Positions 1 to 8,499 of a stretch of 64,000 nt of DNA are shown here, piece after piece. Below the pieces are notes generated by a model that ran no database searches, was not told where the DNA came from, and saw only the letters and a program-made list of their open reading frames with translations. How positions within the stretch are numbered: the first letter of the stretch is position 1; every line of letters starts with the position of its first letter. The stretch spans positions 2,304,001-2,368,000 of the forward strand of contig OZ244852.1 of the NCBI GenBank assembly GCA_965220965.1, in the 5' to 3' direction. This DNA comes from Candidatus Marinacidobacterium sp. (lineage in GTDB: Bacteria; Acidobacteriota; Vicinamibacteria; Marinacidobacterales; Marinacidobacteraceae). A program made the translations under genes and the position numbers.

Positions 1-290
1 AGGCTGGCCGGGTCGGGAAGCCCCCGGATCTCGAGCCCGATCCGGTAGCGCCAGGAGCCGTCCCGCGTGACCGAGGCCCCGAAGGGGCTGGGATCCCAGC
101 GCAGCCGGGCCTCGCCTTCGGCGGGAGCGAGGTCCGGCGTCGGGTAGAGCGCGATCCGATGCAGCCCGGGGGCGCCGTCCGGGGGAACCTGGGGGGCCTG
201 AGCCTCAGCCTGAGGCCGGGCCCAGACCAGCGCGGCGGCGAGCACCGTCAGGGCGGCGGCAATCCCGAACGCCGGGAGCTGACGCATCAT
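1..290 (-). CDS. Partial exported protein, 3' end runs off the window; possibly the N-terminal region of a multicopper-oxidase-type protein
   Basis: Manual translation from ATG at 290/287: MMRQLPAFGIAAALTVLAAALVWARPQAEAQ...SPFGASVTRDGSWRYRIGLEIRGLPDPAS; signal peptide; open to window edge. The product guess is recollection only. Confidence 0.45.
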   Translation of the reverse strand, partial: MMRQLPAFGIAAALTVLAAALVWARPQAEAQAPQVPPDGAPGLHRIALYPTPDLAPAEGEARLRWDPSPFGASVTRDGSWRYRIGLEIRGLPDPAS

Positions 291-340
291 GGCCTCCGGC
301 GGCTCCGTGCGGTACGTTGCGCCGCCTGCGAGGTCGCGCC

Positions 341-607
341 ATGCTCGAATCGGCCGTCAACAGGAAAGGACAGATCACGCTGCCGAAGGCGGTGCGGGAG
401 GCGCTTGGCGTGCGGGCGGGTGACCGCGTGCGCTACGTCCTGACTGACGGACAAGCGCGCATCGTGCCCGTACGGCCGATCCACCGACTCTTCGGCGCCC
501 TCCAGCGCCAGGGCTCTCCGGTCACCCTCGAGGGGATGGACAGGGCCATCGCCGAAGGGGCCGCGGAAGCAGAGCCACCCCGCACGACTCCCTCGAGCGG
601 CTGCTAA
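341..607 (+). CDS. AbrB/MazE/SpoVT-family DNA-binding protein (antitoxin-like, no adjacent toxin)
   Basis: KGQITLPKAVREALGVRAGDRVRY is a typical AbrB-fold motif; ATG at 341 follows GAGG. Confidence 0.85.
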   Translation: MLESAVNRKGQITLPKAVREALGVRAGDRVRYVLTDGQARIVPVRPIHRLFGALQRQGSPVTLEGMDRAIAEGAAEAEPPRTTPSSGC

Positions 608-653
608 CCTTCGGCTCCGGCGCATCGTCGCCGGGAATTGTGTGACATCCCCG

Positions 654-911
654 ATGCGTCTGCTCGTCGCCCTGCTGGCGACGGCGCTGCTGGTCACCGC
701 GCCGGTCGTCGGACTGCTCCACGAGCATCCGGGCGGGTCGGACCTGGACTGCACCGCGTGCCAGTCCTGGGTGAGCCAGGCGCCGGAGACCGGCTCCGGA
801 GTCGGGCGCGAGACGCCGCGCGGCGCGGCCGCGGGCGCTGTCGGGGAACCTCTCCCGCTCCCGGCGGGCGCCCCGGCGGGTCCGGGGATCCCCCGGGCGC
901 CTCCCGCCTGA
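654..911 (+). CDS. Small secreted leader peptide with HxH, CxxC and C-terminal RAPP motif (DUF2946/CruR/CutF-like uORF)
   Basis: MRLLVALLATALLVTAPVVGLLHEHPGGSDLDCTACQ...GPGIPRAPPA*; ends 98 bp upstream of a TonB-dependent receptor. Confidence 0.85.
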   Translation: MRLLVALLATALLVTAPVVGLLHEHPGGSDLDCTACQSWVSQAPETGSGVGRETPRGAAAGAVGEPLPLPAGAPAGPGIPRAPPA

Positions 912-1006
912 ACGGCCGGCGAACCCAGGTTCGGACCGGGTCGGCTGTCCCGCCGGCAGCCTCTGGAAGACCGGGTCTCCCCGTTCGCACTTCGTGCGGG
1001 AGGCGC
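897..1006 (+). promoter_or_regulatory. Putative translational attenuator: anti-SD in the RAPP codons (897-907) pairs with the receptor SD region (996-1006)
   Basis: 897-907 GCGCCTCCCGC is the exact reverse complement of 996-1006 GCGGGAGGCGC, which ends 3 nt before ATG 1010. Confidence 0.65.
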
Positions 1007-1009
1007 GCC

Positions 1010-3502
1010 ATGCCAAGGCTCTTTCCCTCTCTCCTCTTCCTGCGGTCCCGCCTTGCGCCAGTGGCCGCCCTTGTCGCGGCGGGGGCGTTCTTCGCAGCGC
1101 CCGCGTCAGCCCACAACACGATCACCGGAACCGTCCTTGTCGAGGAAACCGGTGAGCCAGCCGTCGACGCCGAGGTCATCCTGCTGGAGACCGGCGACGC
1201 CACCCACACGGACGCGGAAGGACGTTTCTCGTTCGGAGAACTCGAGCACGGGATGGCCGTCGCCTCGCTCCATGTCGACTTCGGCTTCCTGACCGGATTC
1301 CACGCCGTCGCGATGGACCCGGACGCGGAGGACATCGAGGTCGTCCTTGACGAGCCCATCCTGGTGAACGAGCACCACCGGGCCCACGAGCAGGTCACGG
1401 TCACCGCCTCGGCGGGCCACGCCTCGCCGCTCGAGTCCTTCGGGCAGGTCCATTCAGTCGAGGGACTCGACCTGGCGAACGAGTCGGCGCGCAACATCGC
1501 GGAGCTCCTGGAAGGGACCCCGGGGGTCGCTATCCGGAGCTTCGGGCCGGGTTCGGCGCGGCCGGTCGTGCGGGGCTTCGACGGAGACCGGGTCCTGCTC
1601 ATGGAGGACGGCGTCCGGACGGGAGACCTGGGCAGCCAGTCCGCCGACCACGGCGTCCCGGTGGACCCGCTCCAGGCGGAGCGCGTCGAAGTGGTTCGCG
1701 GACCCGCGACCCTGCTCTACGGCTCGAACGCCATCGGGGGCGCGGTGAACGTCATCTCGATGGCCTCCCACCTCGCGCACAGCCCGCCGCCGGGCTTCCG
1801 CGGCCAGGCGAACGTCGACTGGTCCAGCGCTGACGAAGGCGTCCGCGGCGGCGTCCGGGCGCAGGCCGGCGGTTCCAACTGGTTCGCCTGGGGAGGCGGC
1901 AACTCGTACCGCTCCGGGGACTACCAGTCCCCGACCGGTCTCGTGGAGAACTCCGGGACGGAGATGAACCAGGGGGAGGTCGGCGTCGGGCTCTTCAATG
2001 ACCTGTTCTACTGGTCGACGAGCGCGCGCATCGACGACTCCCGCTACGGGGTCCCCTTCGCCGGGGAGCTCCACGGGGCGCACGGCGGTGAAGAGGAGGA
2101 AGTCCACGAAGGCGAAGAAGAAGAGCACGAAGGCGAAGAGGAAGGGGAAGAGGAACACGGCGAAGACGAGTTCGGCGTGGACATCGGCATGCAGCGGCGC
2201 CAGTTCCGCTCCGACCTCGGGCTCCGGGGACTGGCGGGGTTCGACTCAGCGGAGCTCACGGTCCGCTACAGCGACTACGCCCACCAGGAAATCGAAGTGC
2301 CCTTCAGTGGCGGGGAAGAAGAAATCGCGACCGAGTTCGACAACCGGTCTCTCGTGTTCCGCGGCGAACTGAAGCGGCAGCGCGGCCGCGTGGACAGCCG
2401 TATCGGCGGCTGGGCCCACCTCCGCGACTACTCGGTCGTGGGGGAGGAGGCCCTCGCGCCCCCGGTCACGCAGAACGCCTTCGCGGCCTTCGCCTACAAC
2501 GAAATCGCCGCCTCCGACCGGCTGAGCCTGCTGCTCGGCGCCCGCGTCGAACAGAACCGGTATGAGGCCGGCGAGAGGCCCGAGCCGGCGGGCCACGGCG
2601 AAGAGGAGCATGGCGCCGAGGAAGAGGAGCACGGCGAAGAGGAAGAGGGTGAGGAAGAGCACGAAGGAGAGGAAGAGGGCGAAGACCACGAAGGGGAAGA
2701 GGAAGAGGAGCACGCCGAGGACGAGTTCGAGGCCCCTGCGGTCCGCGACCGCGACTTCCTCGGAGTCTCGGGCAGCGCCGGGCTGCGTCTGGAGCTGAAC
2801 GGCTCGAACTCGCTCGTCGCAACGACGAGCCTCGCGACCCGCGCCCCGGCGCTCGAAGAGCTCTACAACTTCGGACTCCACGTCGGGAACCTGGCCTTCG
2901 AGATCGGGAATCCGGACCTCGAGACCGAGCGGTCCGTCGGTGTCGATCTGAGCTGGCGCACTTCGGGCTGGATGATCGGCAGCGTGAGCCTGTTCCGCTA
3001 CGACGTCTCGAACTTCATCTTCGGGTCGGCCACCGGCGACCTGGTGGACGACCTGCAGGTTCTGGAGTCGCGTCAGGGAGACGCGGTGTACCAGGGGCTC
3101 GAGGTCGAACTGCACCGTGACTTCGGGCCGTTCGGGCTGGACGCCACCGCCTCATGGGTCGAGGCGGAGCTCGACAACGGACAGCCGCTGCCGCGGATCC
3201 CGCCGCTTTCCGGCGATGTCCGGTTGCGGATCCCCTTCGGCGGCTTCCGCCTCCAGCCGCGGGTTCGCTGGGCGGCGAAGGCCGACCGCGTCTACATCGG
3301 GGAGACGCCGACCGACGGCTACACGCTCTTCGACACCACCCTTTCCTACGTCCGCGTGACCCCGACGATGACGCACAACATCTCGCTGCGCGGCTACAAC
3401 CTGTTCGATACCGAGTACCGCTACCACACGTCGCTCATCAAGGACCTGGCGCCCCAGATGGGCCGGGGCGTCCGGCTGAGCTACTCGCTCCGCTTCTTCT
3501 GA
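1010..3502 (+). CDS. TonB-dependent receptor, ZnuD-like metal uptake, with two His/Glu-rich insertions
   Basis: Signal peptide; plug motifs SFGPGSARPVVRGFDGDRV and ERVEVVRGPATLLYGSNAIGGAVNVI; RAPALEELY; C-terminal aromatic residue (LRFF). Confidence 0.92.
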   Translation: MPRLFPSLLFLRSRLAPVAALVAAGAFFAAPASAHNTITGTVLVEETGEPAVDAEVILLETGDATHTDAEGRFSFGELEHGMAVASLHVDFGFLTGFHAVAMDPDAEDIEVVLDEPILVNEHHRAHEQVTVTASAGHASPLESFGQVHSVEGLDLANESARNIAELLEGTPGVAIRSFGPGSARPVVRGFDGDRVLLMEDGVRTGDLGSQSADHGVPVDPLQAERVEVVRGPATLLYGSNAIGGAVNVISMASHLAHSPPPGFRGQANVDWSSADEGVRGGVRAQAGGSNWFAWGGGNSYRSGDYQSPTGLVENSGTEMNQGEVGVGLFNDLFYWSTSARIDDSRYGVPFAGELHGAHGGEEEEVHEGEEEEHEGEEEGEEEHGEDEFGVDIGMQRRQFRSDLGLRGLAGFDSAELTVRYSDYAHQEIEVPFSGGEEEIATEFDNRSLVFRGELKRQRGRVDSRIGGWAHLRDYSVVGEEALAPPVTQNAFAAFAYNEIAASDRLSLLLGARVEQNRYEAGERPEPAGHGEEEHGAEEEEHGEEEEGEEEHEGEEEGEDHEGEEEEEHAEDEFEAPAVRDRDFLGVSGSAGLRLELNGSNSLVATTSLATRAPALEELYNFGLHVGNLAFEIGNPDLETERSVGVDLSWRTSGWMIGSVSLFRYDVSNFIFGSATGDLVDDLQVLESRQGDAVYQGLEVELHRDFGPFGLDATASWVEAELDNGQPLPRIPPLSGDVRLRIPFGGFRLQPRVRWAAKADRVYIGETPTDGYTLFDTTLSYVRVTPTMTHNISLRGYNLFDTEYRYHTSLIKDLAPQMGRGVRLSYSLRFF
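2072..2173 (+). repeat. Coding low-complexity His/Glu/Gly tandem repeat, loop 1
   Basis: HGAHGGEEEEVHEGEEEEHEGEEEGEEEHGEDEF; degenerate gaagaggagcacg-type units. Confidence 0.85.
2594..2728 (+). repeat. Coding low-complexity His/Glu/Gly tandem repeat, loop 2
   Basis: HGEEEHGAEEEEHGEEEEGEEEHEGEEEGEDHEGEEEEEHAEDEF. Confidence 0.85.
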
Positions 3503-3510
3503 CGGAGCGT

Positions 3511-3536
3511 CGGGCGCCGCCTCCAGGCGGCGCCCG
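3511..3536 (+). terminator. GC-rich hairpin after the receptor (terminator-like, no U-tract)
   Basis: CGGGCGCCGCCT-CC-AGGCGGCGCCCG perfect inverted repeat 8 bp after the stop. Confidence 0.5.
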
Positions 3537-3607
3537 CCCCCGCGTGGCGGCCCCCCGGTAGAGTCAGCCGGGAGCGGCGGGCCTCGTCCGCCGCCGGGAG
3601 GAACAGG

Positions 3608-5287
3608 ATGAGCCGGCTCACGTCTTCGATTCGCGCTGCGGCGCGTAACCGGCCGCTCAGCGTCGCGGGGCTTGTTGGCGCGCTGCTGGTGACGGCGTGC
3701 GGCGCCCCGTCGCAGCCACCGGGCGGAGGCGCGGTGGACCTGGTCATCCGCGACGCCCGCGTGGTGGACGGCTCGGGGAGCCCCTGGTTCCGGGCGGACC
3801 TGGCGATCTCGGAGGACACCATCGTCTTCGTCGGCGCGGAGGCGCCGCCCGGGGCCATGGTCGTGGACGCGGACGGTCTGGTCGCCGCCCCGGGGTTCAT
3901 CGACATGCACGCCCACTCGGAGTACGGGCTGATCGTGGATCCCCGGGCCCTCAGCAAGGTGGCGCAGGGCGTCACGATCGAGGTGCTCGGCGAGCATCTC
4001 TCGGCGGGTCCGGTGCTCGGACCGGCGGTGGACGACCCGATGATGGTGGCCCCGCCGATCCAGCGGGACTGGACGACCCTCGGCGGCTACTTCGACCGGC
4101 TCGAGGAAGCGGGCGTGGGCCTGAACGTCCTCTCCTATGTGGGCTCCGGCCAGGTCCGCGCCTCGGTGATGGGCTACGAGGAGCGCGAAGCCACCGAGGC
4201 CGAGCTCGAGGCGATGGAGGCGATGGTCGCCCAGGCGATGGAGGAGGGAGCCTTCGCGGTGGCGAGCGGTCTCGCCTACATCCCGAACGCCTTCGCCAGC
4301 ACCGAGGAGCTCACCCGGCTGGCGCGGGTCGCCGCTTCCTACGGCGGCTTCTACGTGAGCCATCTCCGCGGCGGGATCGAGGGCCTCCTCGAGGGGATCG
4401 AAATCTCGCGCGCCTCCGGCGCTCCCCTCGAAATCCACCACCTGAACTCCACGTCGAGCGCGCGGATCGCCGAGTACGCCGAGGTGATCCGCGAGGCCCG
4501 CGCGTCAGGCGTGGACGTCACCGGCAACGTCTACCCCTACATCGCCGGCTGGACTTACCTTCGCTCGCTGCTCCCCCGGTGGGCCCAGGAGGGCGGGGTC
4601 CCCCGGATGCTCGAGCGGCTGACCGACCCGGCGGACCGCGAACGCCTCCTCGAGGAACTCGCCGCCGGCGAGGCCGAGCGGCCCCGCTGGGGACGCACCT
4701 TCGTGAGCTCGTTCCGCGACGAAGTGGACGGGCTCTCGATCACCGACCTCGGCGTCGCGCGCGGAGCTTCGCCCGAAGAGGCGCTCCTCGATCTGCTCAT
4801 CGAGCAGGAAGGCGAGGGGTTCCAGATCTCGTTCGGGAACACCGAGCCGAATCTGCGGCAGGCGCTGTCCCTGCCGTTCACCCACATCGGCTCCGACGGC
4901 AGCGCGCTCGCCGCCGGAATGCGAACGCCGATGGGAAAGCCCCACCCGCGCTCCTTCGGGACCCATCCCCGGGTCCTCGCGCGCTATGTCCGCGAGGAGG
5001 GGCTGCTGTCGCTCGAGGAGGCGATCCGCAAGATGACCTCGGCGCCGGCGAACCGGCTGGGGCTGACCGACCGGGGCCTGCTCCGGCCGGGAATGCGCGC
5101 CGACATCGTCCTCTTCGACCCGGAGCGGGTGCGGGACGAGGCCACCTTCGAGGAACCCGAGCAGTACCCCACCGGGATCGAATGGGTCTTCGTCAACGGA
5201 GTGGCGGTGATCGAAGCGGGCGAACCCACCGGGGCGCTTCCGGGCAGAGTCCTCCGGGGACCCGGCGCCCGGAGGCCCACGCCCTGA
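3608..5287 (+). CDS. N-acyl-D-amino-acid deacylase family amidohydrolase (lipoprotein)
   Basis: APGFIDMHAHSE, IGSDG, PHPRSFGTHPRVL, GLTDRGLLRPGMRADIVLFDP; lipobox-like LVTAC. Confidence 0.9.
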   Translation: MSRLTSSIRAAARNRPLSVAGLVGALLVTACGAPSQPPGGGAVDLVIRDARVVDGSGSPWFRADLAISEDTIVFVGAEAPPGAMVVDADGLVAAPGFIDMHAHSEYGLIVDPRALSKVAQGVTIEVLGEHLSAGPVLGPAVDDPMMVAPPIQRDWTTLGGYFDRLEEAGVGLNVLSYVGSGQVRASVMGYEEREATEAELEAMEAMVAQAMEEGAFAVASGLAYIPNAFASTEELTRLARVAASYGGFYVSHLRGGIEGLLEGIEISRASGAPLEIHHLNSTSSARIAEYAEVIREARASGVDVTGNVYPYIAGWTYLRSLLPRWAQEGGVPRMLERLTDPADRERLLEELAAGEAERPRWGRTFVSSFRDEVDGLSITDLGVARGASPEEALLDLLIEQEGEGFQISFGNTEPNLRQALSLPFTHIGSDGSALAAGMRTPMGKPHPRSFGTHPRVLARYVREEGLLSLEEAIRKMTSAPANRLGLTDRGLLRPGMRADIVLFDPERVRDEATFEEPEQYPTGIEWVFVNGVAVIEAGEPTGALPGRVLRGPGARRPTP

Positions 5288-5320
5288 GCCGGTAGCTGAA
5301 GCGGGCGAGGACGAGACACC

Positions 5321-6688
5321 TCAGTCCGGCGTGACGTCGGTCGCCCAGCCGTGGGCGCCCGCCGGATCGAGTCCAAGCGCCGCCGCGAGGCGGACGAGGC
5401 TGACGCTGAGATCGAAGCGGGCCGCGTACAGCAGCCGCACCGCGCGCTGGAACTCCCGCTGGGCGTCCAGGAAATCGAGGAGGCTCGCTTCCCCCACTTC
5501 GTAGGCGCTTCGGGTGAGGTCACGCGCCGGGGTGGCGCTCCTCGCCAGGCCGGCGGCGAGCAGGCGCGACCGGCGGGCGCTGGCCTCGACGGCGTCCGCG
5601 GCCTGCCGCACCTCGATCCGCGCGAGGTTCCAGGCGGCGGCCTCGAGGGCCGCCGTTCGGCGCCGATCGGCCGCCGCCCCCCGCACCGCGCCGGGATTCA
5701 GCGGGTTGAGAAGGGGAACCGGGACCGAGAACTGAACCCCGAGCGTCGCGTTCCCGGGCGCCCGCTCGTAGAGGAGTCCCGTCCCCAGGCCCGGGAACCG
5801 TCCGGCTCGCGCCAGGGCGACACCGGCGGCGGCGCGCTCGCGATCCAGCCGCGCCGCGCGGAGGTCCGGGCGGGTGGCGCGCGCGATGTCGCGCAAGTGC
5901 TCCCGGGAGACCGCCAGGCCGTCAGCCCCCGCCACCTCTTCCCCACTCGGAGCCCGAATCTCGATGGGCGCCAGCCCGTCGGCGGCGACGACGAACTCTC
6001 CCGCGTCCGGGACACCGAGGAGGCCGAGCAGCGCCGTTCGGGCCTCACGCCGCGCAAGTCGCGCCCCCAGCGTTTCGTCAACGATCCGGAGCTGCTCCAT
6101 TTCGAGCCGCCGCAGCTCGACGCCGGCGACCTCGTGGGCGCGAACCCGGGCCTCGGTGAGCTCGACGATACGGTCGAAGGCGGCGCGTCCCTGCTCCAGC
6201 GCGGCCAGCCGCGCTTCCATGTGCGCCAGATGGAAGTACGCCTCGCCGATCTCCCGCCAAAGCCGTCGCCGCGCATTCTGGATGGTCGACGCCGCGACGC
6301 TGCGCGCCGCGGTGGCGACGCGGAGCCGGTGGTGACGCCAGCCGGGCGATTCCAACGGCTGTCCGAGGTGGAAGATCAGGGTCCGCTCGCCGGAGACGGC
6401 CGCCTCCGGGGCCCCGGCGCCGGATCGTTCGAACGCGAGAGTCAAGGCCGGGTTCGGGCGGGCGCGGGCGCGTTCCCACTCGGCCCGCGCGAAGTCGCCG
6501 AGAGTCCCGAACGCTTCGAGCGCCGGGTTGCGGATCTCCGCGAGGCGCAGCGCTTCGGCGAGCGTCAGGCGCTCGGGGACAGCGGAAGGTTCCTGCGCCG
6601 AAGCCGCGCCTGCGCCGATGGCGGCGAAGCACAGCGGCGCGAGGAGCCCCCGGAGCGACAGCGTCCCCAGCCGTATCGGCCCACCCAT
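5321..6688 (-). CDS. TolC-family outer membrane efflux protein (CzcC-like)
   Basis: Signal peptide, LTLAEALRLA..NP, RPNPALTL, SVPVPLLN, AYEVGEASLLDFLDAQR. Confidence 0.85.
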   Translation of the reverse strand: MGGPIRLGTLSLRGLLAPLCFAAIGAGAASAQEPSAVPERLTLAEALRLAEIRNPALEAFGTLGDFARAEWERARARPNPALTLAFERSGAGAPEAAVSGERTLIFHLGQPLESPGWRHHRLRVATAARSVAASTIQNARRRLWREIGEAYFHLAHMEARLAALEQGRAAFDRIVELTEARVRAHEVAGVELRRLEMEQLRIVDETLGARLARREARTALLGLLGVPDAGEFVVAADGLAPIEIRAPSGEEVAGADGLAVSREHLRDIARATRPDLRAARLDRERAAAGVALARAGRFPGLGTGLLYERAPGNATLGVQFSVPVPLLNPLNPGAVRGAAADRRRTAALEAAAWNLARIEVRQAADAVEASARRSRLLAAGLARSATPARDLTRSAYEVGEASLLDFLDAQREFQRAVRLLYAARFDLSVSLVRLAAALGLDPAGAHGWATDVTPD

Positions 6689-6757
6689 GACCCAGACCCA
6701 TTGCAGACTAGCGCGACGAGCGGCCAGGGTCAGCGACGACCGGATCTAGAATGCCCG

Positions 6758-7801
6758 GTGGATTTCCTGCGGACCGGCGACGCCGCCAGGGCGGCGGGTC
6801 GCGAACCGGACTCGGGACGGGGCGGCGCGGCTCAGAAGGAGTCCGGTGGGGACTCGCGCCGACGGCATCGGCGGAGCCTGGTCGCGGCGCTCGTCCTGAC
6901 CGCCGGATTCACCGGCGTCGAGGTCGTCGGCGGCCTCCTTTCGGGGAGCCTGGCGCTGCTGGCCGACGCCGGCCACATGTTCGCGGACTCCGCCGCGCTC
7001 GCCCTCGCCCTGACGGCGATGCACTTCGCGCGCCGAGCCGCCTCGGCGCGTCGCACCTTCGGCCATCAGCGCCTCGAGATCCTCGCGGCGCTCGCGAATT
7101 CGGTGGCGCTGCTGGCGATCGCCGGCTGGGTCGTGGTCGAGGCCTTCGGCCGGATCCAGGCGCCACCGCCTGTCCGGGGCGGTCTCACGCTGCTCGTGGG
7201 AGTGGCCGGTCTCGCGGTGAACCTGGCGGCGGCGTGGATCCTGCGTCGATCCGCCGGAAGCAGCATGAACGTGGACGGAGCGTTCCGGCACGTGATCGCC
7301 GACCTTCTGGGCTCGGCGGGGGTGATCGTCTCGGCGGTCCTGGTCTGGGCTTTCGACTGGCGGCTCGCCGATCCTCTGGTGGGCATCGTCATCGCGGCGC
7401 TCATCGTGCTGAGCGCCGCCCCGCTGCTGTCCCGCGCCGTTCATGTGCTGCTCGAGGGGACTCCCGACCACATCGATGTCTACGCCGTCTGCGCCGAACT
7501 CGAGGAGGAAGAGGGCGTCACGCTGGTCCACGATGTCCACGTCTGGACGATCACCCAGGGCTACGACTCGCTCACCGCCCACGTGCTGATCGACCCGGCG
7601 TGGCCGGATGACCGACGCGACGAACTGCTCGGCCGGCTGCGGGATATCTGCGCCGAGCGGTTCGGCATCCGGCACGTAACGCTGCAACTCGAGCAGTCGG
7701 CGGCGGGATGTCCGGAAAACCACCACGTGTTCCACCTGGAACATCGCCGTCGGCCGGTGGACGCCGGGCCGCCTCCCGAGCCGTGGTCCCCCGGAAACTG
7801 A
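6758..7801 (+). CDS. Cation diffusion facilitator (CzcD/ZitB-like); start approximate
   Basis: SGSLALLADAGHMFAD, TFGHQRLEILAALAN, HVIADLLGS, VHDVHVWTIT; GTG at 6758 in the frame of ORF 5351..7801. Confidence 0.92.
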   Translation: MDFLRTGDAARAAGREPDSGRGGAAQKESGGDSRRRHRRSLVAALVLTAGFTGVEVVGGLLSGSLALLADAGHMFADSAALALALTAMHFARRAASARRTFGHQRLEILAALANSVALLAIAGWVVVEAFGRIQAPPPVRGGLTLLVGVAGLAVNLAAAWILRRSAGSSMNVDGAFRHVIADLLGSAGVIVSAVLVWAFDWRLADPLVGIVIAALIVLSAAPLLSRAVHVLLEGTPDHIDVYAVCAELEEEEGVTLVHDVHVWTITQGYDSLTAHVLIDPAWPDDRRDELLGRLRDICAERFGIRHVTLQLEQSAAGCPENHHVFHLEHRRRPVDAGPPPEPWSPGN

Positions 7802-7832
7802 CCGCAAACCCGACCGGACGCCGGAGTTCCTG

Positions 7833-8423
7833 ATGTTGCTGGCCGCCGCAATCGCCGCGCCGTTCCTCGGCGCCGCGCTCTACCGTTGGCTTCACGGACG
7901 CGCCGGAATCGCGCGGGCGGTGGACATCGTCCTCCTGTTCGGCGTGCCGATCATCGTGGGATGGCACGTCCTGGACCACCTGGTCGCGGAGTCGGGGTGG
8001 GCCGTCCTTCCCGCGCTGGCGGCCGGCGCCGGCCTGCCGTGGGGCATCGAGCGGTTGTGGCGCTCGATGGCGAGCCGGGTGGACGACATTTCCCTGCTCG
8101 CCGGACTTTCGGGACTCGCGCTTCATGTCGTCGTGGAAAGCACCGCGCTTTCCTCCGCCGGCGGGCTGGGACTCGCGGTCGTTCTCCACCGGGCGCCAGT
8201 GGGCTTCGTCATCTGGTGGATGATCCGGCCGCGCTACGGAACCGGCAAGGCGGTGGCCGCCCTGACCCTGATCGCGGTCGGCACCCTCACGGGCTACCTG
8301 GCTGCGGACGCCTTCGAGGGACACCTCGGCCTGGAGGGCGGCCTGTTCCAGGCATTCGTCGGTGGCTCGCTGCTCCACGTGCTGCTGCACCAGGTCCGCC
8401 GCGACCACCGCCACGAGGGGTGA
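7833..8423 (+). CDS. Membrane protein with ZIP-like metal-permease motifs
   Basis: Several hydrophobic helices; GLALHVVVES, AVVLHRAPVG, AFVGGSLLHVLLH; His-rich tail. Confidence 0.6.
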   Translation: MLLAAAIAAPFLGAALYRWLHGRAGIARAVDIVLLFGVPIIVGWHVLDHLVAESGWAVLPALAAGAGLPWGIERLWRSMASRVDDISLLAGLSGLALHVVVESTALSSAGGLGLAVVLHRAPVGFVIWWMIRPRYGTGKAVAALTLIAVGTLTGYLAADAFEGHLGLEGGLFQAFVGGSLLHVLLHQVRRDHRHEG

Positions 8424-8499
8424 CTGCGGGCCAGCAATCGGACCCTGCTTCGCCAGGTTCCGATGAACGGAACCTGGCGTGGCGCTCCCGCGGAGGCTG

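Noticed and set aside
5351-6757. N-terminal extension of the CDF ORF, and similar extensions in 9819.., 12381.., 27078.., 31824..34967 and 59420..
   Set aside because: The extensions overlap real neighbouring genes; recognisable domains begin at later starts, so these are not true fusions.
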